A stretch of 64,000 nt of DNA from Polymyxa betae A26-41 (Eukaryota; Protista; Endomyxa: Phytomyxea). Every line of letters starts with the position of its first letter. Within the stretch, counting starts at the first letter, position 1. Location: contig RBZT01000215.1 in the NCBI GenBank assembly GCA_003693705.1, positions 1 through 64,000 of the forward strand. The letters run 5' to 3'. The notes under the pieces are model-generated. The model had not been told where the DNA came from. It made no database searches and worked only from the letters and a program-made list of their open reading frames with translations. This document shows positions 51,127 through 63,771 of the stretch, piece after piece. The position numbers were made by a program, and so were the translations under genes.

Positions 51127-52465
51127 AAGCGCCATGAATTCGCTCGGCATCAATAAACGTGTGAACCTTTCTCACGCAAGTCATATCGCATCGAGCGAGC
51201 GCTACAATGGAACCGATCTTTCCATGCCCGGATTGCCAATATGATCGGTGCCGAACGTCATATCGAATCAGCGTCCTCGATCGATACCTACAGCAGAGTT
51301 GTTTTGTATCCCGGGATACAAAAGATGTGATGGATCGGAGATCCTGATGAGTTCGACGTGAAAATCGGATTCCGAAAAGACGACGTTCAAAAAGGTTGGT
51401 GATGTCTGCGACCACAAACCCTAACCCATCGGGAGGCGGAAAACTCAGTGATAGGACCAATACACGACCTGATACAAATACAATACCACACCCCAGTTAA
51501 CTGGAGATAATAAATAGCCGGGACGAGACTTTGGAAATATAGGCGACTATTGGACTAGCGACCCTAGTAGCATACATCCTAAATAGGACCACTTTGCATC
51601 ATAATATTCTCGAATCGAGGTACGTTCTAATACATGATGAAGGTTTTACAGAGTTTATGTCCACAAATGATGGTCACATTGATGGGAAGGAACTTACAGA
51701 GTGATAGGAGCAGGAGATACTCGTAATAACGTTACCATATAGGAAGCTGGGACTGGCTTGGTTCAACGTGACAAGACTTTAAACGTCCGCTAAACCGGAG
51801 CCAATGGTTGCATTCGATTCAGGGGAAAAGAGCACAGAGGGGACGTAAGTTTGAGGACGTTTAAAATAAAGGCGACTCTTGGACGATCGACCCTATTGGA
51901 ATCTAGAATCGATATATGACAAGATCACGTTAGATCGTCAAACTATCGAAGCCAACCGCATGCAAATACATGATACATCGCACGAGATGACTCTCAAACA
52001 ATCTGTATAAATTCGCAATTTACTTTTTTTAACTGTCATAACGGCAACGATATTTGTTGGTTCCAATAAGGCTTTCGCTTAAAGGATGACAATGGTGATG
52101 AAGAGTCGAAAGAGACGTTGAATTATCCTTGGTATCGCTCCATGATAACCGAACCTATTACATCGAATTTAACAAATTTTGATATGAAGGCCGCCTTGTC
52201 GCCTTCGACTGCTCCAGCTTCAGAAACTGTCAAAGGTGAAGAGATTCTGTAGACCGTTCTCAGTTGGCCTGCCCAGGAGCTGGAATCGAACTTCGCAACG
52301 GCCTCCTCTCGATTTTTGGAAATCTGCGATAAAGAAGGCGAAATGAACGTTCTGGATCGGTCATTGACCAGATCTGCCGCGCTCTCGATCGTTCTGGAGA
52401 GCGGATAAAGAACTCTCGGCACAGAATAAATGGGCTCAACCAGACTCGCAACACTCATTCTTCCA

Positions 52466-53213
52466 ATGTCGATCTCAGCACTCACAGCATTGGTCATCTT
52501 TACTGCTGTCGTTCAGGCGCAGACCGCTCCGAACGGCTACACGTTGGTCGCCGACAACGACTACATCGATGCCGGCCCGCTGACCAACGTCAATCAGACG
52601 ATTGCGTCTCTGCAGGCCTGCGCCGATGCATGCGATCAGGACGCCCTCTGCCAATCTATCCAGTTCACGACCGTCTGCTTCATGTATCGGCTACGACGAT
52701 GCATGACGCCCCCGGTTCATGATAATTCGGCGCCTCTCAGCAATCTTGGCCCGATCTACGAGAAGAACAGCCCGGTCCCGATCCCTGCTGGATCGCAGAT
52801 CGACACGATCTGCGGCAACTACAGCGGTCCCGTACTGGACTCGTACACGACAACGGTACCGGCAGAATTCGGCCCGAAGCTCGACGCGAATGTGGCCGCG
52901 TTCAAGGGGAACTGTTCCCAACAGTGCGGCGAGTAAGTGCGCGGAAACCCTAAACCCTAGCCATTCACCGTCGTACGTGCGCAGTGATCCGAGCTGTCGT
53001 TCGTGGCGTGTACTCCAGATATACGAGAACAATCCCAGAATCCCGGTCGTCCTACGATGCACTTCGTATGCGGACTCGATCTACGATGTTCCCAATCACG
53101 GCTTTTTCTCGAACCTGGCCGGGTGTAAGCGAGCCCGTTCGACAATTGCCATCAAAGGTCCTGCAGTATCGCTGTTCAACTGTACGGCTCCAGGAACGGG
53201 CGCCTCCGTTTAG
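52466..53213 (+). CDS. Paralogous secreted double PAN/apple-like protein lacking stalk and GPI signal
   Basis: Near-identical QTAPNGYTLVADNDYIDAGPLTN; intron at same position (52933-52984); stop after APGTGASV. Confidence 0.8.
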
Positions 53214-53703
53214 GATAAGATGACGGGCGCGCCTGCATCATTATCATGATCTGCATTTCACATTTCTAGCTCCAAGATTCAGTCATATAATAAAGCACAT
53301 AATAATAGGATAGATACCCAACCCCAGACAGTAAATGATGAACCGGCGATGAGCAGATGTCAATACGCCATCCTCATGAACGAACCAGGGCTGCCTTTGC
53401 CAGAGACTGTGTTACGGACTCCGGCTTTCATTTCTGGTAGTTTACTGAAATCGTTTCCTGTCAATGCAATGTACTCACGTTCGAACGCTGACCTTCGGAT
53501 GAGATGGCATGGATACGCTTAGGATGCAGGATAATGGCCGCGATGGCATCGCCAAGACGGCATCGATTTCGAAAGTCTGAATGGATTCCATTGTCAAGAA
53601 CCAACTATATAACGAATAAGCTATAGCTGTAAAATATAAGGAAGTAGAAGTCTAAGAAGAGAGAGAAGAATAATAAGGGGAGAACGAAGAACGAAGAACA
53701 GGA

Positions 53704-54604
53704 TTACAGGAAGACAGGAAGACGACTACGAGGGACTGAGGCTACGACGAAATGAGACGAAGAAGTTGATTCAAAGACGGCGTTAACCGAACCTGAACTA
53801 TTCTCAGTTCGGTTCTTTTTCAAAGTGACTGAATAGGCGAAATGACCCGGGTGAACTCGATAGTATTCAGATTCGAAAGGGAGAAGTCTCTCGGCAGCAG
53901 AACAGTATTCAGATGGAGGGATATGAGCCAGCTGATATAATTCTCGTATGACCCTATATGGAATCCAACGAACCTTTCCATCAGCATTTGAATGTGTAAG
54001 CAAGCCATGAATTTCATGCGTTCCGTCCCAGGGAACGTTCGAGCGATTTACGCCTTTCACCAGCTCTAAAGAAACCACTCCTTGAAAAGAGGATAATTCA
54101 ATGAAGTCGCCGCCCTCGCCACATGCAAATCGTTGCGGCGTTATCATAATACCATGCCATCTCTGGAGTGTGCCATTTCATGCACAATAATTAACGCCAC
54201 GAAAACGGTGATGCGAATCAGTTCACGGTCATTGGGAATATTACGCCCTAAAACATGCAGCAACCTTTGAAACACTCCTGCCGGCATAAGTTCGAATAGA
54301 ATCTGGTGACGTCTTACCTGTGTTTAAATATCGTATTCACATGGATCGTATGACAAGCTTGGCGGGGCACTGTCCATGCAAAAGTATGCTGATCCCGGGG
54401 ACTACCGAATCGTATTGCCACGTTTAGAGCCGATTTGACATCCGTTTTAGAAATTTCAGCCAATCGTTCCAAGTGCCACCGTACCATATCTGTGCTCAGC
54501 AATGCATTCGCTATCTTCACCGACTCCAGCAAGGGAGGCCGGGCTGCATGGGCAATCATCGCCACCGCATTATCAGGTGAGAGTCTCAGAATCCGATGTA
54601 CCAT
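53704..54604 (-). pseudogene. Frameshifted HExxH (zincin-like) protein gene
   Basis: ALIIVHEMAH (motif 54182-54168), then in another frame QRWHGIMITPQRFACGEGGDFIE. Confidence 0.55.
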
Positions 54605-54733
54605 GGGAAATGAGGTTTGGGGGAACTGGGAGAGCGTTGACGATGGACGTCAGGCTCTATTCGACTCGACAAGACAAACGTAGGAAAAGGTAGCAAGTTG
54701 GATGAACTCAAAGTGCGTTTGATTAACAAAGGG

Positions 54734-55324
54734 TCACAAACGGCCGTTTTCCGATTTAATTTCAACTTTCAACCGCGACGATTCTGAAAATGGCGGCTTT
54801 CTGAGCCGCTTACTTGTACAGGTTCTTTGAGGTTCCAGTTCGTCTGGCGTGAAATAGAAGGTCTTCTTGGCCTTGGTTGCATAGAACCATTTCTCGTCGA
54901 TATGAGCACAGTCCAGCATATGTCCATGAAAGTTGGATTTGGTTTTTCCGGATCGAGCATTTTTAATGCGGACAAACGTCCCAGCATGTTTTTCTCAGTC
55001 AAGAATGGCTTGATGGTGCTGGAATGGCGACGAACTTCACCGGCAGCAAATTTGCCATGCAGTGTGCTTTTTTGGAATACTCAGCTCTGCTGACAGAGAT
55101 CTGATGTTTTGTCTCGAATCCGGCGGCACTTTTTTACTGCCTCCAGATCAAGGATTTTAGATTTGCGGCCAAAAATCCCCACACCTCGAAGATACACCAC
55201 ATCGCAAGGTGACCCGTCTGAGATTGAACGTTGTCCTTGCTGCCAAATTCGACTCAAAGTTTTGGATGAAAAGAGGTTCTGTGGCAGTATCTCCAATTGC
55301 GCCTTTTTTTGAGTTTTCCATCGT
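54734..55324 (-). mobile_element. Degenerate, 3'-truncated Tc1/mariner transposase (DD39D / plant-oomycete type)
   Basis: TLSRIW; RRHSSTIKPFLTEKN; HIDEKWFY; EPQRTCTSKR; stops and frameshifts. Confidence 0.85.
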
Positions 55325-56589
55325 TATACTGCGATAACAATTGCTCACACACACCTCAACGTTGCTGATAGGTTAGATTGGGGTTTTGGGGACTCTCCCC
55401 CGATTCGAGGATGGTCGGAGCTCCTGATCTTCAGCTCACGAGGCCGGTTGATTACAAGACTGGTAAAATCGACGATGTCCGAGGCATAATATCTCAGCGA
55501 GCAACGCTCGGTTGAAGTCGAAAATTTCTGCTCCAGGTATGAAGGTCAATTTTTGTTTGTTTTCCTGGGACTTTTTTCTACAGGAACTTTTTTACCGGAC
55601 ACAGATTGTCATATTCTGCGATAATATAAAGCTCCCAGGTCGAGATCATCGCAAATGAATTATAATAAATACACAAGTGACTATCGTATGATATGATACA
55701 TTTTTGGTAAAGGTTCTCTGACCCAGTATCTTAACCTTCAAATACACTCCCCAACAAAAACAATAAAAAAGAAACATATACCGCAAGAAGCGATGCTGGC
55801 GTAAGTTTTCAAGCAGAAGCGAGGAAGAACGCGACAAATCAAGGACTACCGGCGCCTCAAAAAAGGTTTGTTCTTGTGTAAACAGATTTGTTCTTCATAT
55901 TCTGTGAATGAAAGCTGCTAAATATGGTCATGCTGCACGTGAAAAATCTTGATATACAGTATTTATAGAAAACTTGGGACTGTATGTGTTCATTTTCATG
56001 TGTAGGGTTAGGAGCTTTATTGTTGAGATTTCACTCGTTCATGAGATCAATCTGGTCCATGGCGACCGACTACAGCTTTATTCTGGCAAAAACTTCAATG
56101 TCACTTGTCAATAATCAACGACTCAGCTCGCTTTTGATGGCCACCGCCACTTATCTACAAGACTGAGATGTTCGTGTGGATTCAACTAATACAGACCTCG
56201 AATACCTACTCAAACGAAAAGGATTTTCAATGAGCATTGGTCGTTGCAATATTATTTGGCGTTATGAAGAAAACCCTTGGGTCTGTTACTTCCTACTAAA
56301 CAGTAAGTAGAGATTGTCGATCGACTGATTATTATGAACTTGTCACGTGTTGTTGTCAAGCAGTGCAGATTGGGTTATCGTCCAAATAGCCAGCCCTCAG
56401 ATTATTTCGATTCGAAGGAAATCGACTTTTATCTAATTTTGAATTACAGTTGATTTGCATGTCACCCGTTATAACAATAGTGAGGAAAATGCAAGATACT
56501 TGCAATGGATTTTGGTTGTCGTACTTTTGCAATGGACTGACAGGTTATCAGGCTTGCTCACCTAATGCTGATTGCAATCAAAACTAGCG

Positions 56590-56750
56590 ATTTCGTCACC
56601 ATCGGTTGCCATACAGAATCTGACGATGACGGACGCGCCTGCCATCATAATGGCGCCCTCCGGCGACACGCCATTGTCGTCATCGACTTCGTCTGCTGGA
56701 CCGACAACGAATACCGTTGCCAAGGCGAACAGTTCGTTGTCGGCAGATTT
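56590..56750 (+). pseudogene. Orphan fragment homologous to the Ser/Thr stalk of the GPI PAN gene
   Basis: SSPSVAIQNLTMTDAPAIIMAPSGD versus SSPSVATQNATTTTDAPAIITAPSGD. Confidence 0.8.
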
Positions 56751-57246
56751 CTCTAATAATCGGGTTCGCTGAATTTGTTTACAATTCTTGAAAGCGAAGC
56801 GAAATGCTGTATCCAAAGGAACGTGTTATAAACTGTTTCAAGGACAGTCTTATATCAATTACTGTATGAAGTAGCATCTAATACCATTCAGCTGTCTGAG
56901 CGAAAATCTGGTCGCACCTGAAGTCGACCTTTCTATCCACAAGACAGAGCAGGACAGCAAGGCAATAACTCTTCTAACAAGGCACACTCATAAGATTGTG
57001 GGACAATGACCCAGTCGATCCTGCAAAAGACTTCAACTTGGCCCTCCACTTCGACAGTCGAGCAAACAACAGATGTCGACCCTAACGTTCAGTGGTCGGC
57101 CGACTTAGAAACCCTAATCGTGGGGCTAAAATGTACTATAGCTACAGAAATGGGACTAATGGCAGATGGGCGATCGCGACGATACTGTAGAGAGCGTTTA
57201 GTTACGAAAGTTGCGAGAGACGCTATATTGCGCTGGGTGCTCGCCG

Positions 57247-60200
57247 ATGTCATCCGCCGGCCCTGACCCTGTGGCCTCCTTGCTCAGCCAGAAGGTCGCA
57301 CGGCTGAAGGTTATTAATGATGAGGACCCGAAAGCAATCCAGGCCCTCTCCCGGCAGTATCGTCCCGATGCACTGGAGAAGATTCAAGCTCGCCTCCGCC
57401 AACAGCTCTATGAAATCTCCTCTGTGCTGCCGGTTAGGCCACGTATGTGATTTGCTGCTGGTGCGTCCTCGATGGAATTAATGAACCTGTGCCTGATAGC
57501 ATCGGAGCCATGGCTTGTTGATCCAACGTCCTTTATCCGGACGCAACATATCGGCGAAGGGTCGCCTTCGCTCGCTGTTCAGGCTCCCCGCAATCCTCGT
57601 TTGCTTATGGCCAAATTAGAAGCTTTTCGTGCATTTGACCAGAAAAGGTCCATTACTTACTTTTATTTAATCTTTTTTCGTGCCTGTTTCGATCAAAGTT
57701 TAATCAAACTTCATGCTATCTTTAAGCACATTGCCTGCATTGGTGATTGGACTAATGTAAACTGGTTGCGATACTGACAATTTGCTTCAATAGGCGACAG
57801 AAGCAGGAAGCAGAAAGAGCCGAGCAAGATGCAGCAGATGCTAAACGAGAAAAGGAACGCATCGCTAAGCTGGAATTTGAGACGAGAAAGAGGGCTGTCA
57901 GGCAAAGCTTTCTTCGAGCTTTGTTTGAGCATGCTGAAAAGTTCCGTTCTGTTGCAAAAGAAGAGAATCGACAGCTTCGCTCTCTTGCGAATCAGGCTCA
58001 GGGTTGGATAATCGCTAAAGAACGGTATCACTCTGCTCTTACTCAAGTCTTTGTATTCACTGATAAAAAGGAAACAACGAACTTTGGAGGATAAACAGCA
58101 GAAAGCACGTATGAAGGCGCTAAAGGAGAACGATATGGAAGCATATGCTTCTCTTCTTGCTGAAACAAAGAATGAACGTCTCTCCTCACTTTTGGCTCAG
58201 ACTGAGGTCTGTTTGCTGCAACTTTTAATCAACGAGAGCGTTTAGATGCGTGTTCAGGATTTTTTAAAGCAGCTAAGCGCCAATGCATCGGGCTCTTTTC
58301 ACAGAGTTGTGGAAGAGATCACTGCTCAGCCCTTGCTATTGAAGCACGGAACATTAAAGAGCTACCAACTGGAAGGATTGCAATGGCTTGTCTCACTCTA
58401 TAACAACAACCTTAACGGGTTTGCATCATGTGTATCTCAACGAGCTCGTTTCTAATAGAGGTTCAGAATTTTAGCCGATGAAATGGGTCTTGGTAAAACG
58501 ATTCAGACCATCGCTCTGCTAACGTACGTTATGGAAACGAAAGGGGATCATGGTCCTTTCATGATTATTGTACCTTTGTCTACGATGTCAAACTGGGTCA
58601 AGGTTTGTATTTGGTGAGTGATTGTCCATAGGAATAACTTTTTTATCAGGAATTCGAACGCTGGGCACCGACTGTTATGGTCGTGGAATATCAGGGAAAG
58701 CCTCCGGAACGAAAAGACCTTTGGAGAAGGTGAATGACCTTTTGTGCCAGTCTCCATTAGCCTTATGATCCTTAGGTTTATCGTATCGCGAAAATTTAAT
58801 GTTCTGTTGACGACTTACGAATACGTTCTGAACAAGCACGACCGGTCAAAACTGGAATCCATTGAGTGGCATTATATTATTGTAGACGAAGGTTTATGAC
58901 TTTCGTCTACAGTGATTTGAAATCATAATCATGTTCAGGTCATCGTATGAAGAATACCAAGTCAAAATTTACAGTTGCGCTAAATACTCGCTATCGCTCT
59001 CTGCATCGGTATGTGATGCTTTTTATTGGCAAAACCGACTGTCTCATTGCTGCTTTTAGATTGCTTCTTACAGGAACGCCTTTACAAAACAATCTTTCTG
59101 AGTTATGGTCGTTACTTAACTTTTTAGTCCCGAAGATTTTCAACTCAGCAGATAACTTTGAGACATGGTTTAACAAGCCATTTGAAGCCGCTGGTGTTGG
59201 TGACAGTTCCGCTGAGTTACGACAAGAAGAAAAAATGCTTATCATCAACCGGTTGCATCGGGTTCTGCGACCATTTTTGCTCCGAAGATTGAAAGTCGAC
59301 GTAGGGTCAATTTTTCAGTTCTCGTGCTATAGTTAAGATTAGTTAGGTTGCTTCAGAATTACCTGATAAGGTGGAGCGAGTGATCAAATGTGAACTTTCA
59401 GTCTGGCAAAAGATGGTTTATAAACAAGTATGTTATCTGGGCTCGATATGTGCTCTGTGTTTGAATTCCTACTTCTAGATCCAACAAAAATTCATTCCGA
59501 TGGCCAACAGTACTTCTGGCGTATCTGCAAAGGGCTTAAATAATACTTTCATGCAACTTCGAAAAATTTGTAATCATCCTTATCTGTTCTTTGATGATCT
59601 CAACTCCATTTCTCCTCATACATCCGACGAGATCATCAGGTTCGCTCAGCTCTTTTGTTGTCAACAGCCGAACTGAATTCTTTAGGTGTTCGGGGAAGTT
59701 TGAGATGCTAGAGAGAATCCTTCCCAAAATTCGCCGCTCTAAACACAAAGTTTGCTAGCATTGATTGTGGTCATCAAGCTAAAACCTTTTCAGGTCCTAA
59801 TTTTCACTCAAATGACTAAAGTTTTGGATATCATGGAGGAGTACATGGATTACCGAAGATATCCCTACTTGCGTTTAGGTAAATGCTGAATGGCGCTCTG
59901 ATCGTGCATTAATGTAAACATTCAGATGGTCAAACGAAACCAGAATCGCGTTCCCAACTACTTGAGTTGTTTAATGCCCCAAACTCTCCTTATTTTGTTT
60001 TCTTACTCTCAACACGAGCTGGTGGTCTGGGTCTAAATCTTCAGGTAATGCTTCTTCGGTAAAATCCTGTGGTACCTCATGTTTTGCTAATAGTCTGCTG
60101 ACACTGTTATCATTTTTGATTCCGATTGGAACCCCCAAATGGATTTACAAGCTCAAGACCGAGCCCATCGTCTCGGGCAGCAAAGTGAAGTTCGAGTATT

Positions 60201-61756
60201 CAGGCTTGTAACGTGCTCGCCTGTTGAAGAACAAATCTTGATGGTATCATCAGCAATTTTCTGTAGTTTTCATCTAAGTACGCTACATAGAGAGCTCAAT
60301 TCAAATTGGGTTTGGATCAGATGATTATTCAGGCTGGTAAATTCAACCAAAAAGTCAGAGCGTTTCAACGGTTTCGATCAGCATTCTTATCTAATCCTCC
60401 ATCAGGATTCACTTGAGGCCACTGCTCAAGAAAGAAGGGAAATGTTGACAACGGTCCTTCGTGACGGTGTTGAGATGGGAGAACAGATCGATCTACCAAA
60501 CGACGAGAAAATCAACAGGTTATTCCATATGGTCTTTATCACATCTATTGACCATTTCTCCAGTTTGTTGGCTAGGAATGAAGACGAACTGGATCTTTTC
60601 CAACTTATTGATGTCGAACTCGATAAGGAAAGGCGGGAAAAATGGCATGCCATTGGGAATACTGCACCTCTTCCACCCAGACTGATGATGGATGAAAATG
60701 AAGTTCCAGAGTATGTGTACTTTTTTCATTTGAGGCCAACAGCTGATGTGTCCAGGTTCATCCGAATGGCCCAACAAGCTGCTCCAGCGATGAAGTTTGA
60801 AGTCCCTAAAATTGTGGTACTGCTCTTAAAACTGTTTATTCTTTCTCTGATTAGGTTTTAGGAGGGAAATCGCGCTGCCAGACGTGCTGAAAACGGTCCC
60901 GTATATAAGGAAATGTCTGATGCCGAATTCAATGCTCTTTGCGAAGAAGATGAAGAAGACGACAAAGTGCTTGTTGCTTCGAAAGGTCCAGGAAAGAAAG
61001 GAAAGCGCCCAGTACCAATAGCAAGCAACTCCAAAACAACTCCATTACAGAGTTCACTGCTGTCTCTTCTAAATTCAGTGAAATCAATGAGATGCCCGGA
61101 AAATGGAGAATCACTTGTGTTTTCAACATTGTTAAAAGCCCCTGGTAGTCCCGATTACCGGGAAGTTTGCGCTCCCGATACGTCTCATCTGGACCTCAAG
61201 AGTATTTTGGTACGAAGATAGTTTTCCGTGAGATCGACATATGATTGTTTTCCTAGGGTAACGTTCGCTCTGGGAAGTACACGCGACCTAGTCAAATGGC
61301 TAGAGATTTCAGGCTGATGCTACAAAATTTGGAATCGTGGTTTCAAGTACGCTTGCTTTTATTCGATTTAAAATACTGAGCAGTCATTTGTAGGACGAGG
61401 AGTCTACCGAAAGGAAAAAGATCCACTCATTACGAAAGCTTTTTAACGAGAAATACCGCGGTACATTCCAGGTGATTTTTTACAGCAACCTGTTCGCTTT
61501 ATTGAGATTGTCACAGACGGAAGAAAAAGCTACAAAAAAGCCATCGATCGATAATGGAGAATCTAATGCCGGATCCGAAACGGAATCTGCTGAATCAGAT
61601 ACCGAACTCGGCCTTGATGAGGATGACGATTTTGATGAGGACACGTCGAATAACCAAACGGTGAATGTTAACATTATTGATGATGTTGATGGTATTGGCG
61701 ACGATTTGGATGACGAGGCGCCTATCGAACGTAGTCGAAAAAGGCAAAAAGCTTGA
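57247..61756 (+). CDS. SNF2: Snf2/Brahma-type SWI/SNF chromatin-remodelling ATPase (HSA, helicase, SnAC, divergent bromodomain)
   Basis: [36 protein letters not shown]; DEGH; [12 protein letters not shown]; [13 protein letters not shown]; [10 protein letters not shown]. Confidence 0.93.
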
Positions 61757-61821
61757 AATTTTCAAATATATACTGCTACTACTAATAAAGGGCATTATTC
61801 ACAAAGACTCATACAATAAAT

Positions 61822-63120
61822 TTATTTGGACGCCAGTTTATCCAAGTATTCCTCATACTTGTGATAATGAAGAGCCTCATACAATTCCTTTCTGGTCTGT
61901 GCACATTGTCAGAGAAACCTAAAAGCAGTAAGGTGTACAAACCTGCATTAATTTGACAACATCTCTTTGATGGCCCTTTTCGACGATAGATTTAGCTACA
62001 ATTTCAGCAGCCTTGGCTTGAGCTCGGTGTATACTCAGCGGATAAAGAATCATGGATACTCCGACTGAAGCCAGCTCGTCTCTTGAAAACAGGTCAGTCG
62101 CACCTTCACTCCAAACTCAGTTTCTTTACTATAGCACAGCATGCATACCTACCAAATTCTGTAATATTAGCAAGTACTGGTATCTTTGGAAATTCTTTGC
62201 TTAACACAGCGTATTGCTCAAGCTTGGTCAGTGCCTCAGGGAAAAGCATATCGGCCCCAGCTGTGACACATCTGAGCTGAAAAATTCTGCCTTTATAGCA
62301 CCATGCCTTTGATATATTGTTCGCAGCGCTCCAGGGTTTTATCCATTCCCTCATTAGCGAAGGCGTCAGTTCGAGCCATAATGACTACAAAACGAATCAA
62401 GGCCGGGAAATAAAACGGCCAAAACAGACCAAGTAAAAAGCCGATAAAAAGTGATCTTAGTCCTTACCGAACGATGAATCTGTACGAGCATCCACAGCAG
62501 CTTTTATGCGATCACCTGTGGCGTGTTGAACTCACCTATTGGTACCGATAATGATTATCTTACACATTTCTTCAGTTGAAACAATGGATTTGTTAGGCCG
62601 ATGTCCACAGCGCTTATTTACTTCTTGATCTTCAATATGAATAGCACCGGCACCGGCACGCTCCAGTTCGCGAACTGTCCTCGCAATACCAAAAGCACTT
62701 CCGAATCCGGTATCGACATCGACCAAAACTGGCACCGAGGTACAGCTGGTAGACGTCAATTTGCTGATAAAGAATGGACATGGATGATGAAGATCACCTT
62801 GTCAATCTCCGAACATCCTCTACGACATCGTTCAGATTTGTCACACCTAAATCTGGTAGCCCTAGAACGCCATTAAAACGGTTGTTTCCAGAATCGGTGC
62901 ATCGTCGCTACCATGAGAGGCTGTAGCGACGCCTGAACCAGAGACGTACAATGCCTTGGCACCTGCTTTCTGTGCCAACATTCCAGTATAGGCTAGACTC
63001 TGCATCAGAGACTGTGTCGTTGCAAACCGCATGCGTCTTACCAGTGGTGGCGCCAATGATCTGCAGCGGTCGATGGTCTGAGACCGCCTTTCGAAACAAT
63101 GCTCCCATGGACGACGTCAT
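61822..63120 (-). CDS. prpB: 2-methylisocitrate lyase (PrpB-type), intron-containing
   Basis: [14 protein letters not shown]; VDVDTGFG; [14 protein letters not shown]; IMARTDA; LANITEFG. Confidence 0.92.
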
Positions 63121-63370
63121 TGCCTTTAGTTTATGATTATGAGCAGAGCACACTGGTTGATGGAGGCCGCAACGTTATCATTACAATGTCTAACTCCGTT
63201 TGGAAGCTTGTTACGATGATCACTCTATAGGAGACATTAGGCTGATGTCACTATGTGCATGTGATGGTTGTATTCTTCGGCTTCATAAGTTCGAAAGAAC
63301 GTATCATTTGTTTATCAAATGAATTCTTTTAGAGTATATTGTGATTAGGTTGGGGCGTGCGGTTTTGTGA

Positions 63371-63771
63371 TTAGACCGTCTGAGCATCCTGGTTGGTGGT
63401 CAGCTCGACTAACAGCTGCCAATCCGAAGGGTTGTCCAGCTTGACAGACTCCCTGAGAGCTGCGATGGCATCATCTCGTCGATTCACTGCAATACAAGCC
63501 CTGGCCATAATCTGAAACGCATTGTACTGCAAGCCATCTGCTTTAGAATCGGGATGCGAAAGAAATGGTGGAAACCTACATTCAGGGGATCCTCATGGAC
63601 ACTCTTCTGGAAGCAGTCAATAGCGTATTCGAAATGGCGTTTGTTGTAGAATCCGACGCCAGCTCGGAACCAGCCTTGTGCTGTATTAGGCACCTGACCA
63701 ATTCGATCGATGAGCCACCGCTCGGCCGTTTTGATGCTAGGCACCGTATCTGGGGCTGCCTTAGTATCCAT
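63371..63771 (-). CDS. Small TPR-repeat protein (two exons)
   Basis: WFRAGVGFY...AIDCFQKSV..DP, then after splicing NAFQIMARACIAVNRRDDAIAALRESVKLD. Confidence 0.8.
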
